A stretch of DNA of 64,000 bases, taken from contig JBKAGP010000001.1 of assembly GCA_046290465.1 (NCBI GenBank), forward strand, positions 1,600,001 to 1,664,000, in the 5' to 3' direction. The DNA is from Planctomycetota bacterium (GTDB lineage Bacteria > Planctomycetota > UBA1135 > UBA2386). The position numbers and the translations under genes are program-made. The number at the start of each line of letters is the position of its first letter. Position 1 is the first letter of the stretch. This document shows positions 19,928-30,362 of the stretch, piece by piece. The notes under the pieces were generated by a model. It did not search any database. It saw only the letters and a program-made list of their open reading frames with translations, and was not told the origin of the DNA.

Positions 19928-20715
19928 CGTTTGACTCCCCGGGGAGAGCCCGCCTGGCTTTCTGAGTCGATTCGCCTCACACGAAGACCACTTCCTCCTG
20001 CAGCACGATGATAGGCGTCTGCGCGCCTTGTCATCTCAACGATAGCCTGACGCACTTCGTCGTCGGACAAGCCGTCCGGGACCTGCATCTCAAGCACTAG
20101 CTCATCGCCAAACTCCTCCGACTCCTCTAGGACAAGATCTAGCTCAGACTCCGGCCAGCCCTCCGGTCGAACCAACGGCCACAGATCGCCTAGGGCTTTC
20201 ACGGGTGCAGTGTCCACACCCCAACCACACGCACCATGAATCTGTCGGGCTGCGGCGATGTCGGCTTGCATCGTCTGGCGAATCGCCGCAGCAGCATCAC
20301 GCGAAGCGGCCCATGCGAAAGCAGCCTCCTCGGCGGCCACACCAACCGCCCTGAGCTGTGCCTCGATCTCGGACCGATTCCTGCCATAGCTGTCCCCGGC
20401 GCACAACTTGATAGCGCGGGCAGCTGCTTCAGCGGCCCTTCCGATAGAGGCGTCACGAATAACGCCAGTCCAATGGCCTGCATCAACCGGGGCGCGGAGC
20501 TTCTTGCGCAGTTGATAAGCACGGCTAATCGCCTGCTCAGCGGCCTCTGGGCCCGGATCGGCGCAGTAGCGCAAGCAAGACTCAAGCACGCCCGATGCAA
20601 GACTACGTACGCCTTGCGAATCAGCGAGTGACAACAGACGCATCACGCATCTCGTCGCAACGGCGACGACGCCCATTGCGGGAACCGACCCTAGGTCTTT
20701 GTACATGAACCCCAT
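19924..20715 (-). CDS. Hypothetical Ala-rich helical protein
   Basis: 263-aa ORF, LGDLWP..PEGWP segment; no family recognised. Confidence 0.55.
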   Translation of the reverse strand: MGFMYKDLGSVPAMGVVAVATRCVMRLLSLADSQGVRSLASGVLESCLRYCADPGPEAAEQAISRAYQLRKKLRAPVDAGHWTGVIRDASIGRAAEAAARAIKLCAGDSYGRNRSEIEAQLRAVGVAAEEAAFAWAASRDAAAAIRQTMQADIAAARQIHGACGWGVDTAPVKALGDLWPLVRPEGWPESELDLVLEESEEFGDELVLEMQVPDGLSDDEVRQAIVEMTRRADAYHRAAGGSGLRVRRIDSESQAGSPRGVKR

Positions 20716-20899
20716 CCTTGCTGTTGGCAGCGAGCCCGAAAAGCGGGCAGTCCGGTCATCCTAGCCCAAGAGCGCGAGCTTCACAGGCAGCCCAACCTGT
20801 ACGCGACGATCTCCTGCATGAGAGTCGCGGACCCAACAGTCGGTCCTTGGGAGGCGCCCGGTCCACGTACCTCGACAGCTTTGGCGGACCCAGCTTCGC

Positions 20900-20961
20900 T
20901 AGCGGGGATGGATGGCGACTTGAGTCGGGCTCGCTATCGGCGGATAGCATGGACGCCATAA
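20900..20961 (+). repeat. Second att-like copy plus alternative recombinase tail 2
   Basis: 20900-20929 matches 19304-19333 at 27/30; reads AGMDGDLSRARYRRIAWTP*. Confidence 0.75.
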
Positions 20962-21155
20962 CCCATCTCCTGCAAGAGTCTTCCACACACGCGAGACGAT
21001 CCAGCCCAGTTGCGACACAGGACGAAGCGCGGCGAGCCGCCATTCTGGCAGCATATCGGGGACCCGACTGCCAACGCGACACGCTCGGACAGCATCCGCC
21101 GCAGAGCAAGGAGCGGCACACCCGTTGCTTGGACGGCGCCGAAGGAACGGCAGCA

Positions 21156-22175
21156 ATGGAGACAGCAAACGACTACATCGCGGAGATCCTCCGCCAGATC
21201 GAACCCGATTCTGAAGTCCTCGCCGAGGCTCGGACGCGACGGGATCTCGTCGCAGCGAAGGCAATGTCACTTCGCGGGACCCTGCGACAGTACTCCTCCG
21301 GAAGCGTCGCCCACGGAAATGTAACAGCACCCATCAATGATGCAGATGGCGGCATCGTGCTAGACCGGCGCATTCACACCAAACTGGGACCGGAGGGCGA
21401 CAATGAAGGCCCAGAGAAGGTCATCGAGGAGCTGAAGGAACTCGTAGGACCCAAGATTCGGGCCAAGTACTCCAAAGCTCGCATTTCGACATCTCGACGA
21501 GGCCTCCTGGTCACATTTGGCAGCCCCCTTAGCGACCAAGACCCTTCGGTCGATATGATTGTCACGCTCACCCGCAAGAAGGGCGATGGTCTTTGGATTC
21601 CCAATCTAAAATCCAACACGTGGGACGCCTCCCATCCGGAGCAACACACAGATCTATTTACGTCCGGAACCACGACACTTCGCCAACAACGCTCGACGAT
21701 CACCCGACTCGCCAAGGTCTGGAATAAGCAGTTCACCAACCCAGCGCTCTCGTCGTTCAATGTTTCATCCCTGGCCTGGGAACTGATCACAAAGACAAAC
21801 TCCGACACAGCCGAGGCGCTCCAGGAGTTTTTTGCACTGTCCGCCCAGGCAATTGGCCAAAACAACACCAAGGATCCTGCGGGCGTATCCAGTTCCATCC
21901 GCCTGCTGCAAAGCCGGTCCATTGCGGTCAGAAGACTCCAATCAGCTGCACGTTCCCTTGAGAAGGCAATTTCCTCCAAGGATCCCAACGGAATACAAGA
22001 GTCGATGGCAGCCGTCTTCCACCATTACGTTGACCCGCCGGCTTCGAGCAAGGCTGCATGGGCGGCGGCCTTCAGAAACAAAGATAGCTCCGTTGGCGTT
22101 ACGGCTTCAGGCCTCGCAATTGGTACAGGCGAAACGCTGAAGTCCACCAGGTCTTTCGGAGGACCTGCAGAGTGA
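21156..22175 (+). CDS. cGAS/DncV-like nucleotidyltransferase (CD-NTase/SMODS)
   Basis: SGSVAHG..PINDADG (GS + DxD), third Asp in PSVDMIV, LWIP..W..SHP, RLAKVWN, SSF, DPAG; C-terminal tail ..RSFGGPAE. Confidence 0.82.
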   Translation: METANDYIAEILRQIEPDSEVLAEARTRRDLVAAKAMSLRGTLRQYSSGSVAHGNVTAPINDADGGIVLDRRIHTKLGPEGDNEGPEKVIEELKELVGPKIRAKYSKARISTSRRGLLVTFGSPLSDQDPSVDMIVTLTRKKGDGLWIPNLKSNTWDASHPEQHTDLFTSGTTTLRQQRSTITRLAKVWNKQFTNPALSSFNVSSLAWELITKTNSDTAEALQEFFALSAQAIGQNNTKDPAGVSSSIRLLQSRSIAVRRLQSAARSLEKAISSKDPNGIQESMAAVFHHYVDPPASSKAAWAAAFRNKDSSVGVTASGLAIGTGETLKSTRSFGGPAE

Positions 22176-22615
22176 AGTTTCGCCGGGTCTCGGGACCATG
22201 GTATGGACGCGACAGAGAGCGCATCTCTTTCGAAAGAGGCACTCGCAATTATGATCACATCAGCGCAAGGACCATTGCAAAGGTAGGCAGAGAATACAAG
22301 GTCACAATCTCTGTACCGCACTACCAATCACGCGGCGTCACGATCATGTTCCGCAAGAACTCCCCCGAGACGCCACGCGTGTTCGTTGACGGCAAGAAGG
22401 AAGAATCCCCTCACCGCTACGAGGACGCCACGCTATGCATGTGGCACCCAAAAGATCCTCCCGAGAAGCGCTGGACGCGCTCGGACGGCCTCCTCCACCT
22501 CCTCGGACACATTGAGGCCCACCTATTCAAAGAAGAATGGTGGCGCGAGTCGGGCGAATGGCTCGGCGCGGAAGCACACCACAACGGCGCCGAACGGAAG
22601 GAGATGCACAGTTGA
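22172..22615 (+). CDS. Stand-alone prokaryotic E2 (short type II CBASS-type)
   Basis: PRVFV..SPHRYEDATLCMWHP..W..HLFKEEWWRESGEWLGAEAHH; GTGA overlap with the cyclase. Confidence 0.8.
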   Translation: MKFRRVSGPWYGRDRERISFERGTRNYDHISARTIAKVGREYKVTISVPHYQSRGVTIMFRKNSPETPRVFVDGKKEESPHRYEDATLCMWHPKDPPEKRWTRSDGLLHLLGHIEAHLFKEEWWRESGEWLGAEAHHNGAERKEMHS

Positions 22616-23115
22616 CAGACATCCTAGAGTCAAGCATAACTCCGGCGATAATAGCCGGATCCGTTTCACTGATCGTGGCAATCGCAGCCAACCGGAAGTC
22701 ACTACAAGATCGCCAGCGCGCCCTAGTTGCTGAAGCATTCTCGGCGATTACCGAATACCGTGAATACCCCTATATTGTCTATCGGCGCGACAAGCTCAAG
22801 AAGGAAGAAGAACGCACTCGCATTTCGAGCGCTCTAAGCACTCTCCAATCCCGCATCAATAGCCTGCAAGCGCAACTATTCGTCGAGACGCCCTTCATAG
22901 CAGATTCCTACAAGAGCTTAGTCGCCGCCACGCGCAAGATCGCTGGCCCCGCCATCAAAATGGCGTGGGATTCCGAGCCTGCTGGATGTGACGCCGAAGT
23001 GAGCACATCAGCCTACGACACCACACAACTAGAGAAGCCGGCACAGCGGTTCCTAAAACAAGCGCGTCGAAACTTCGGGTGGGTTCCAAACTGGGTCTAC
23101 TTCTTGTGTGATTGA
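22612..23115 (+). CDS. Putative effector: single N-terminal TM plus helical domain
   Basis: TTG start overlapping E2 stop, AAGGAG at 22598-22603; TM ITPAIIAGSVSLIVAIAA; EYREYPYIVYRR segment. Confidence 0.65.
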   Translation: MTDILESSITPAIIAGSVSLIVAIAANRKSLQDRQRALVAEAFSAITEYREYPYIVYRRDKLKKEEERTRISSALSTLQSRINSLQAQLFVETPFIADSYKSLVAATRKIAGPAIKMAWDSEPAGCDAEVSTSAYDTTQLEKPAQRFLKQARRNFGWVPNWVYFLCD

Positions 23116-23135
23116 TCCTCGAACGTGCGGGGAGC

Positions 23136-23224
23136 ACCCCGCAGCTCCGTCGCCGTCAGCGTCGGTCACACCCGAAGGGAGCGGAGCGGATTGACCGATG
23201 CTGACGGCGATGGAGCTGTGGGGT
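23136..23224 (+). other. 33-bp-stem hairpin (candidate single-strand origin or structured RNA)
   Basis: Arms 23136-23168 and 23192-23224; the three deviations are all G-T; loop contains GAGCGGAGCG. Confidence 0.7.
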
Positions 23225-23292
23225 CCCCCGTAGCTCTTGAGCCGGAGGCCGAGGGAGCTTGACAGCTCGCCTACCACCACGATCCTCGACGC

Positions 23293-24054
23293 GTGCAGGA
23301 CGAATCGCGCGTAGCCGCCTGGGGCCGGGGTCGAGACGAGGAGCTTGTCCAACTGGCACTCGCTGTCTTCAGCAGCGCCGACGAGACGATCGCCATCTTC
23401 GGCGGGGAACCGGCCCCATCGACGCCACCTGACGGGTCGCACCTCTCGTTCTACCGCGACCACCGGCGCCTCATGCGCCTCATGAGTCAGATGGCAGAAC
23501 CTCCGCACAAGCCGCAGGACAAGACGGACGCCGTCCGCTTCCTGATCGAGATCTGGATGCGCTGCGTCTACGCCTACCTGATCACCCCCGGAATGCTCCT
23601 CCGTGCCGCGCGCCAGGGCGAACCAAAGGCGCTGGATGATCTGCTTCGCCTCGACAAGGCGGCCATCTGCGAGCCACGAGTTGCCAAGCAACTCGTCGCC
23701 ATCTTCGACCGCGGGCGACCAGCTCTCAAGAAGCGCATCGCCGCAGCTCTGAAGGGCAGACCGACGCTCCCGCCACGCAGGACGCTGAAAGCTCGGATGG
23801 CAGGCCTGGTCATCGCGATCATCAACGAGGACGAGAGGTTCGTTTCTCGCGGTGTCGAGGCACCGACGCCGAGCGAGTTGCGCGACCTCTTCGACGCCAT
23901 CGCCCAGGACGCGGACCAGCAGCAGCCATGCGATAGCGACCTCCCTGAAGGTGACGACGCGTGGCGAAAGGCAGTTCAGCGAGCTCGCTCCGAACTGCGC
24001 CCGTTCGTGCGCCTCGCGATCGACCACCCGCTCCGGACAAGAGTCGCACCGTAG
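23293..24054 (+). CDS. Hypothetical protein of the element backbone
   Basis: 253-aa ORF with high-GC codon usage, co-oriented with rep and recombinase. Confidence 0.6.
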   Translation: MQDESRVAAWGRGRDEELVQLALAVFSSADETIAIFGGEPAPSTPPDGSHLSFYRDHRRLMRLMSQMAEPPHKPQDKTDAVRFLIEIWMRCVYAYLITPGMLLRAARQGEPKALDDLLRLDKAAICEPRVAKQLVAIFDRGRPALKKRIAAALKGRPTLPPRRTLKARMAGLVIAIINEDERFVSRGVEAPTPSELRDLFDAIAQDADQQQPCDSDLPEGDDAWRKAVQRARSELRPFVRLAIDHPLRTRVAP

Positions 24055-24352
24055 TTGTCCGGACGCATGTGGCGGCCATGGGGAACGTCGCCCCCATGAC
24101 GCACAACATGCGAAGGCGGCAGCGCGCAGGCGCCGCAACCCGTCCGGGCGACTCAGCCCGGGCGGTTGCGGCTCCTACCGCTGCCGGTTCCACGACCTGG
24201 GCCATCCTGGCCACGACCCTCGACGGGCCAACGGTCTGCATCCACAGCATCCGCCGGATCCTGACGTCGATGCTCTCCCGCCGCCTCGGGCGCCTGGCGA
24301 GCCTGCGACCGTTCGCACGCCCGCGACGCGGCGCACCGACCGCTGCAGCCAC

Positions 24353-24376
24353 ACCCCCCTCTGCTAACAGGGGGGT
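24353..24376 (+). promoter_or_regulatory. Putative oriT/dso nick-site hairpin ACCCCCCTCTGCTAACAGGGGGGT
   Basis: 8-bp stem with GCTAAC in the loop, 6 bp before the rep ATG; resembles MOBT/Rep_trans nick sites. Confidence 0.75.
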
Positions 24377-24382
24377 TGAAAC

Positions 24383-25437
24383 ATGATCGCCACAGAACGG
24401 GGCGACGGCGGATTCGAGGATCTCGGGCTCACCCAGATCCGCATCTCGCTCGACGCGCTCACGGTTTCGCTCACCGAGTCCGAGGTCAGCGAGATGTTCG
24501 GCAAGATGATCGAGGCCGTCAGACGAACGGGATGCAACACCCTGCCAACGATGGGGCGGCCCTGGCGCGACTTCCGCAAGACGCAGCGCTACGGGCTCTC
24601 GACGCTCAACGAAGGCGCGCAGTGGTACCGCAAGTACGATCCGCAGCAGCTCGCGCCCACCCTCGGCAGCGACTACGAGTCCTGGGAGGTCATGGGCCCC
24701 GCAGCGCGCATCCTCGCCGACGTGCTGAAGTCGGCGCCCGTGCATGTCGGGCGCGCTTCACGCCTCGACGTCGCATTCGACTTCGCGTGCGAACCTGACC
24801 TGTGGCCCGCCGCAATCGAGGACGCGATCTCCTTCCACTGCGAGCACCACGGCTTCCACATCCACTACCAGGGCGAACGGGAGAAGCGCACCGTCTACGT
24901 CGGCTCGCCCAAGTCGGAGCGGCGCGTTCGCATCTACCGGCACGACCTCGCGCACGGTGGCGGCCTCCCGATCCTGCGCGTGGAGGTAGAACTCCGGCGC
25001 AAACACGCGGCCGAAGCCTGGAGACGTTGGTGGCCGGGCGGCGGACCAGCCATCGGCCTCTGCGCGGGTCACATCGAGCAGATGACCGGACGCGCCGTCT
25101 TCGTGGACGAACTCACCTACCCCGCGCCCGCCCCTGGCCGCGACGTCGATCTGATCGAGACCTCGGCACACGGCACCACCCAGTACGGAGGCGCCTTCGA
25201 GGCCCTTCTCCGCGCGGGCGTCGATCTGACCGCCCTCGTCCGCGACGTGCGCGAGCTGCAGCTCTCGGCGAGCGGAAAGCGGGTCCGTGAGCACAAGATG
25301 CGGCGCCTGCTCGCATCCGTTCGCGGCCTCACGCCCGAGCAGATCGCCTCAGCGATCCTGGGCTCGATCCGCGCGCGCATCCGCCAGCGCTTGCCATCCA
25401 ATCCGACCGGACCTAGCGTCCGGCCCGGAGACCCTGC

Positions 25438-25441
<4 letters not shown>
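24383..25441 (+). CDS. Rep_trans / MOBT-family rolling-circle initiator or relaxase
   Basis: SRLDVAFD, TVYVGSPKS..RIY, RVEVELR motifs. Confidence 0.8.
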
Positions 25442-27216
<1,775 letters not shown>

Positions 27217-27269
27217 ATGGGTGAGCGAAGAACGATAGCGACCAGCCCCGAAGAAGCAAGGCTTCGAAG

Positions 27270-30170
27270 TCAGTTCTGCGAACGCAATTGCTCAAACTCG
27301 ACGCGCTGCTTGGCCGGGCAGTCGACCGCCGCGAACAGCGCCGCATGCTTCTCCGCCTCCGCCAGGACCGCCGGGCGCGTCGTCGGGTCGCGCAGGCTGC
27401 AGCGCATCCAGTCCAGCAGGCGCGCGCGGAAGTGCGGGTCCTCGGTCGAGGTCGCGCGCATCGTGCGTTCGAACACGGCGGCGGCGCGCTTGGGTTCGTT
27501 GGCGACCAGCGTCGCCGCGATGCGGGACGACAGGTCGAGGGCGTCGGGTTCGGCCGCCGCCTCCGAAGAACGCGCCTCCAGCAGGCCCAGCGCCTCCTTC
27601 GGCTTGTTCAGCGCCAGCTGCGCCTCGGCGGCGAGCAGGCGCAGGCGGTCCCGGTAGACCACGTCGGCGGGCGCCGGTTCGTTGAGCCATGCGGTGGCGC
27701 GGCGCACGACCTCCTGGTTCTTGCCGGCGGCGAGGTCGACGGCGAGGCGAAGCATCCGGTGCTGCGGGCCGTCGAGGCGCTGCGCGATGTCGACCGTGTC
27801 GAGCGCGCCGAAGGCGGTGCGAACGTGACGCGCCTCCTCCTTGTGCTCCTCGGCCTTCCAGTCGGTGCGCATCGGCAGCAGCGACGCGGCGCCGATCACG
27901 CAGCGCATCGCGCGGCGGGCGCGCTCGGCGGTCGCGGCGTCGGTGCTGGAGACGTCCTTGGCCAGTTCGTGGGCGCGGTGCGTCTGCAGCACCAGGCGCA
28001 GACCCTTGCGCTTGCCGTTGTGCAGCAGCGGCTCGCAGGCGGCCAGCCACTCGCCGCTGCCGGCGCGCTGGTCGGCGGCGATCGTCGCCAGCGCCCGCAG
28101 CAGCGGGTCGATGCGGAACTCGTGCTCCTTCTTGATCGGGTCGCCGAGCTGGCCGAGCACGAACTTGATCGCGCCGATCGCGCGCTCGGGCATGCCCTGC
28201 TCGCGGCCGAGCTCGGTCATGCAGTCCACTACCGCGTCGAGCGTGCCGGCGTCCTGCTCGAGCAGCAGGCGGGAGCGCAGCCGGGTGATCGTCTCCGGCA
28301 GCCACGTGTGGCGGCGGGTGTCGTTGGAGTCGCGCAGGCGGACCAGCGACTTCGCCGCCTGCTTGCGCAGGCCGGCCTCGGTGTCGTCGAGCGACTCCTG
28401 CAGCGCGTTCAGCCAGTCGTCCGCGAGCTCCCCGTCCGAACGCCACGCGTCCAGGTAGATCAGGCAGGTCGAACGGAACTTGGTGTCGAGCTTGTCGTCG
28501 GCCGCCAGCTTGCGCAGCACGGAGAACGCCTCGGGCACGTACTGCTTGCGGCCGTCGAGCGTCTGCGCCAGCAGCAGGCCGCGGCCGCGCAGGTCGCGGT
28601 CGGGCGCGCTGCGGCAGCTCTGGTCGATCAGCGCGACCCAGTCGCTCTTGTCGGCGGCGTCGGGACCCGGCGCCAGCCAGCGCGGCTCAGTGCGCGACGC
28701 CAGCGTGTCGAGGATCACCTGCAGCTGCAGCTGGTTGGCGGTCGCGTCGGCGAACAGCGCGCGCGCCCGTTCGACCAGCGCCTGGCGGGCCTGGTCCGAC
28801 GGGAACCGCCGCAGGCCGCGCAGCGCCGCCACCTGGCCCTCGCGCGACTGGCCGGCGAGCTGCGCGAGCAGCAGCTGGCGGATCTCGCCGGCGAGCTCGG
28901 CCTCCTCGGGCCGGATCAGGTAGGCCGCGACCTCGAGCAGCAGCGCGCGGCGGCGCTGCACGTCGGGCTGCTGCGACTCGGGCACCAGCTTGAGGCGGTC
29001 GAGCAGCGCGCGGAAGAACGCGTGGCGCGGCGTCGCCGCCCCCTCCACCACCGGCGAACGGGCCAGCGACTCCTGCAGCGCCTCGAGGCAGGCGTCGAGC
29101 ACCGCGGGGCCGTCCGAGGTCGTGCGTTCCTGGACCGCCGCCCAGTCGATGCCGGCGCGCCGGCCGACGTGCACGCTGACGAACTCGCGCGCCGCGTCGA
29201 CACGCATGCTCTCCATCTTGTCGATCAGCTGCTGGTAGGCGCGCGGGCCGAGCCGGGCCGAGCGCTGCGCCAGGTCGACGTAGCTGCGGGTGCCGAACTC
29301 GGCCTGCCAGGTGTCGAACTCGGCCTTGGTGCGGATCGTCGCATCGGGGTAGACCAGCAGGTCGAGCGCCTTCTGCGCGGCGGCGCGCACGACCGCTTCG
29401 GGCGCCTCGAGCTGGCCGGCGATGGTCGGCGCCAGCAGCGTGTTCTGCATGTCGGCGAGGCAGCGCAGCACGTGCGAACGGTCGACCGGCTCGAGCGCGT
29501 GCATCAGCGTCGAGGCCGCCGAGCCGAGTTCGCGCACCGGCACGCGCTGCAGCGCACGCCGCGCGGCCGCCCGGACCGGCGCGGCCTCGTCGTCGTCGAC
29601 GACCGGCGCGTTGGCCCACAGCGGCGCGCAGGCACCGAGGTAGCCGGTCAGCAGTTCGCGGCGCAGGTCCTTGTCGGCGCCGCCGAACTGCGTCGTGACG
29701 CTGCCGAGCAGGTGGCCCTGCAGGGCCGTCAGGATGCTGATGCGCACCCTGTCGGGATCGTCGGCGAGGCGCAGCCGGTCGTGCAGCAGCCGGTGGGCCT
29801 CGGCGCGCGGCATCGCCAGCAGCTGGGCGATCGCGCTCTCGCGCTCGGTCCGGCCGTCGGGGCCGGAGCGGTCGAGCATCGCGCGCAGCTTCTCGAGTTC
29901 GGTATCCCGGGCCTTGCCGTCCTGCTGGTCGGCGGCGGTGTCCGAAGAGGCTTCGGATGCGGCGGCGTCGGACGGGGTCGCGGTAGACGTCGTGGCGGTG
30001 GGCGTCGTGGCGGTAGACGTCGTGGCGGTTGACGTCGTGGCGGCGGCGGACGCGACACCATCCGAACGGGCCGGCTCCGAGGCGGCAACCGGTCGCAGCA
30101 GGCCGGCAAGGATCACGCACCAAAGGCACGCGTCCACCAGTCTCCGGATGCCCAAGCTGCTGCCCTTCAT
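27270..30170 (-). CDS. Exported HEAT/TPR-like repeat protein
   Basis: Signal-peptide-like N-terminus, helical repeats, Thr-rich linker. Confidence 0.7.
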   Translation of the reverse strand: MKGSSLGIRRLVDACLWCVILAGLLRPVAASEPARSDGVASAAATTSTATTSTATTPTATTSTATPSDAAASEASSDTAADQQDGKARDTELEKLRAMLDRSGPDGRTERESAIAQLLAMPRAEAHRLLHDRLRLADDPDRVRISILTALQGHLLGSVTTQFGGADKDLRRELLTGYLGACAPLWANAPVVDDDEAAPVRAAARRALQRVPVRELGSAASTLMHALEPVDRSHVLRCLADMQNTLLAPTIAGQLEAPEAVVRAAAQKALDLLVYPDATIRTKAEFDTWQAEFGTRSYVDLAQRSARLGPRAYQQLIDKMESMRVDAAREFVSVHVGRRAGIDWAAVQERTTSDGPAVLDACLEALQESLARSPVVEGAATPRHAFFRALLDRLKLVPESQQPDVQRRRALLLEVAAYLIRPEEAELAGEIRQLLLAQLAGQSREGQVAALRGLRRFPSDQARQALVERARALFADATANQLQLQVILDTLASRTEPRWLAPGPDAADKSDWVALIDQSCRSAPDRDLRGRGLLLAQTLDGRKQYVPEAFSVLRKLAADDKLDTKFRSTCLIYLDAWRSDGELADDWLNALQESLDDTEAGLRKQAAKSLVRLRDSNDTRRHTWLPETITRLRSRLLLEQDAGTLDAVVDCMTELGREQGMPERAIGAIKFVLGQLGDPIKKEHEFRIDPLLRALATIAADQRAGSGEWLAACEPLLHNGKRKGLRLVLQTHRAHELAKDVSSTDAATAERARRAMRCVIGAASLLPMRTDWKAEEHKEEARHVRTAFGALDTVDIAQRLDGPQHRMLRLAVDLAAGKNQEVVRRATAWLNEPAPADVVYRDRLRLLAAEAQLALNKPKEALGLLEARSSEAAAEPDALDLSSRIAATLVANEPKRAAAVFERTMRATSTEDPHFRARLLDWMRCSLRDPTTRPAVLAEAEKHAALFAAVDCPAKQRVEFEQLRSQN
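29980..30039. repeat. 4 x 15-bp tandem repeat (Thr-rich linker)
   Basis: GCGGTAGACGTCGTG variants. Confidence 0.85.
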
Positions 30171-30362
30171 CTACGCCGTTCCGCCTACCTTGTCGCCGCG
30201 CGAGGTTCGACGGCCACTCCCGCGCGAGTCGCCGCCCGACCGCATCCTACCAGAGGTCGCGGGGGGAAGAAGCATCGGCATTCCGGTGCCCGCCACCGAA
30301 GCGGCTCGCGCAAGCGCCGACGGCCGCACCACGTTGCGCGACCTACGGCGATCCCTGCGGGG

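Noticed and set aside
20718..21155. 146-aa N-terminal extension of the nucleotidyltransferase
   Set aside because: Crosses the second att copy and looks non-coding; ATG 21156 follows AAGGA and starts the recognisable domain
22538..22555. Third copy of the att/tail motif (..GAGTCGGG)
   Set aside because: Short match inside the conserved E2 coding motif, without the TAGCGGGGA core
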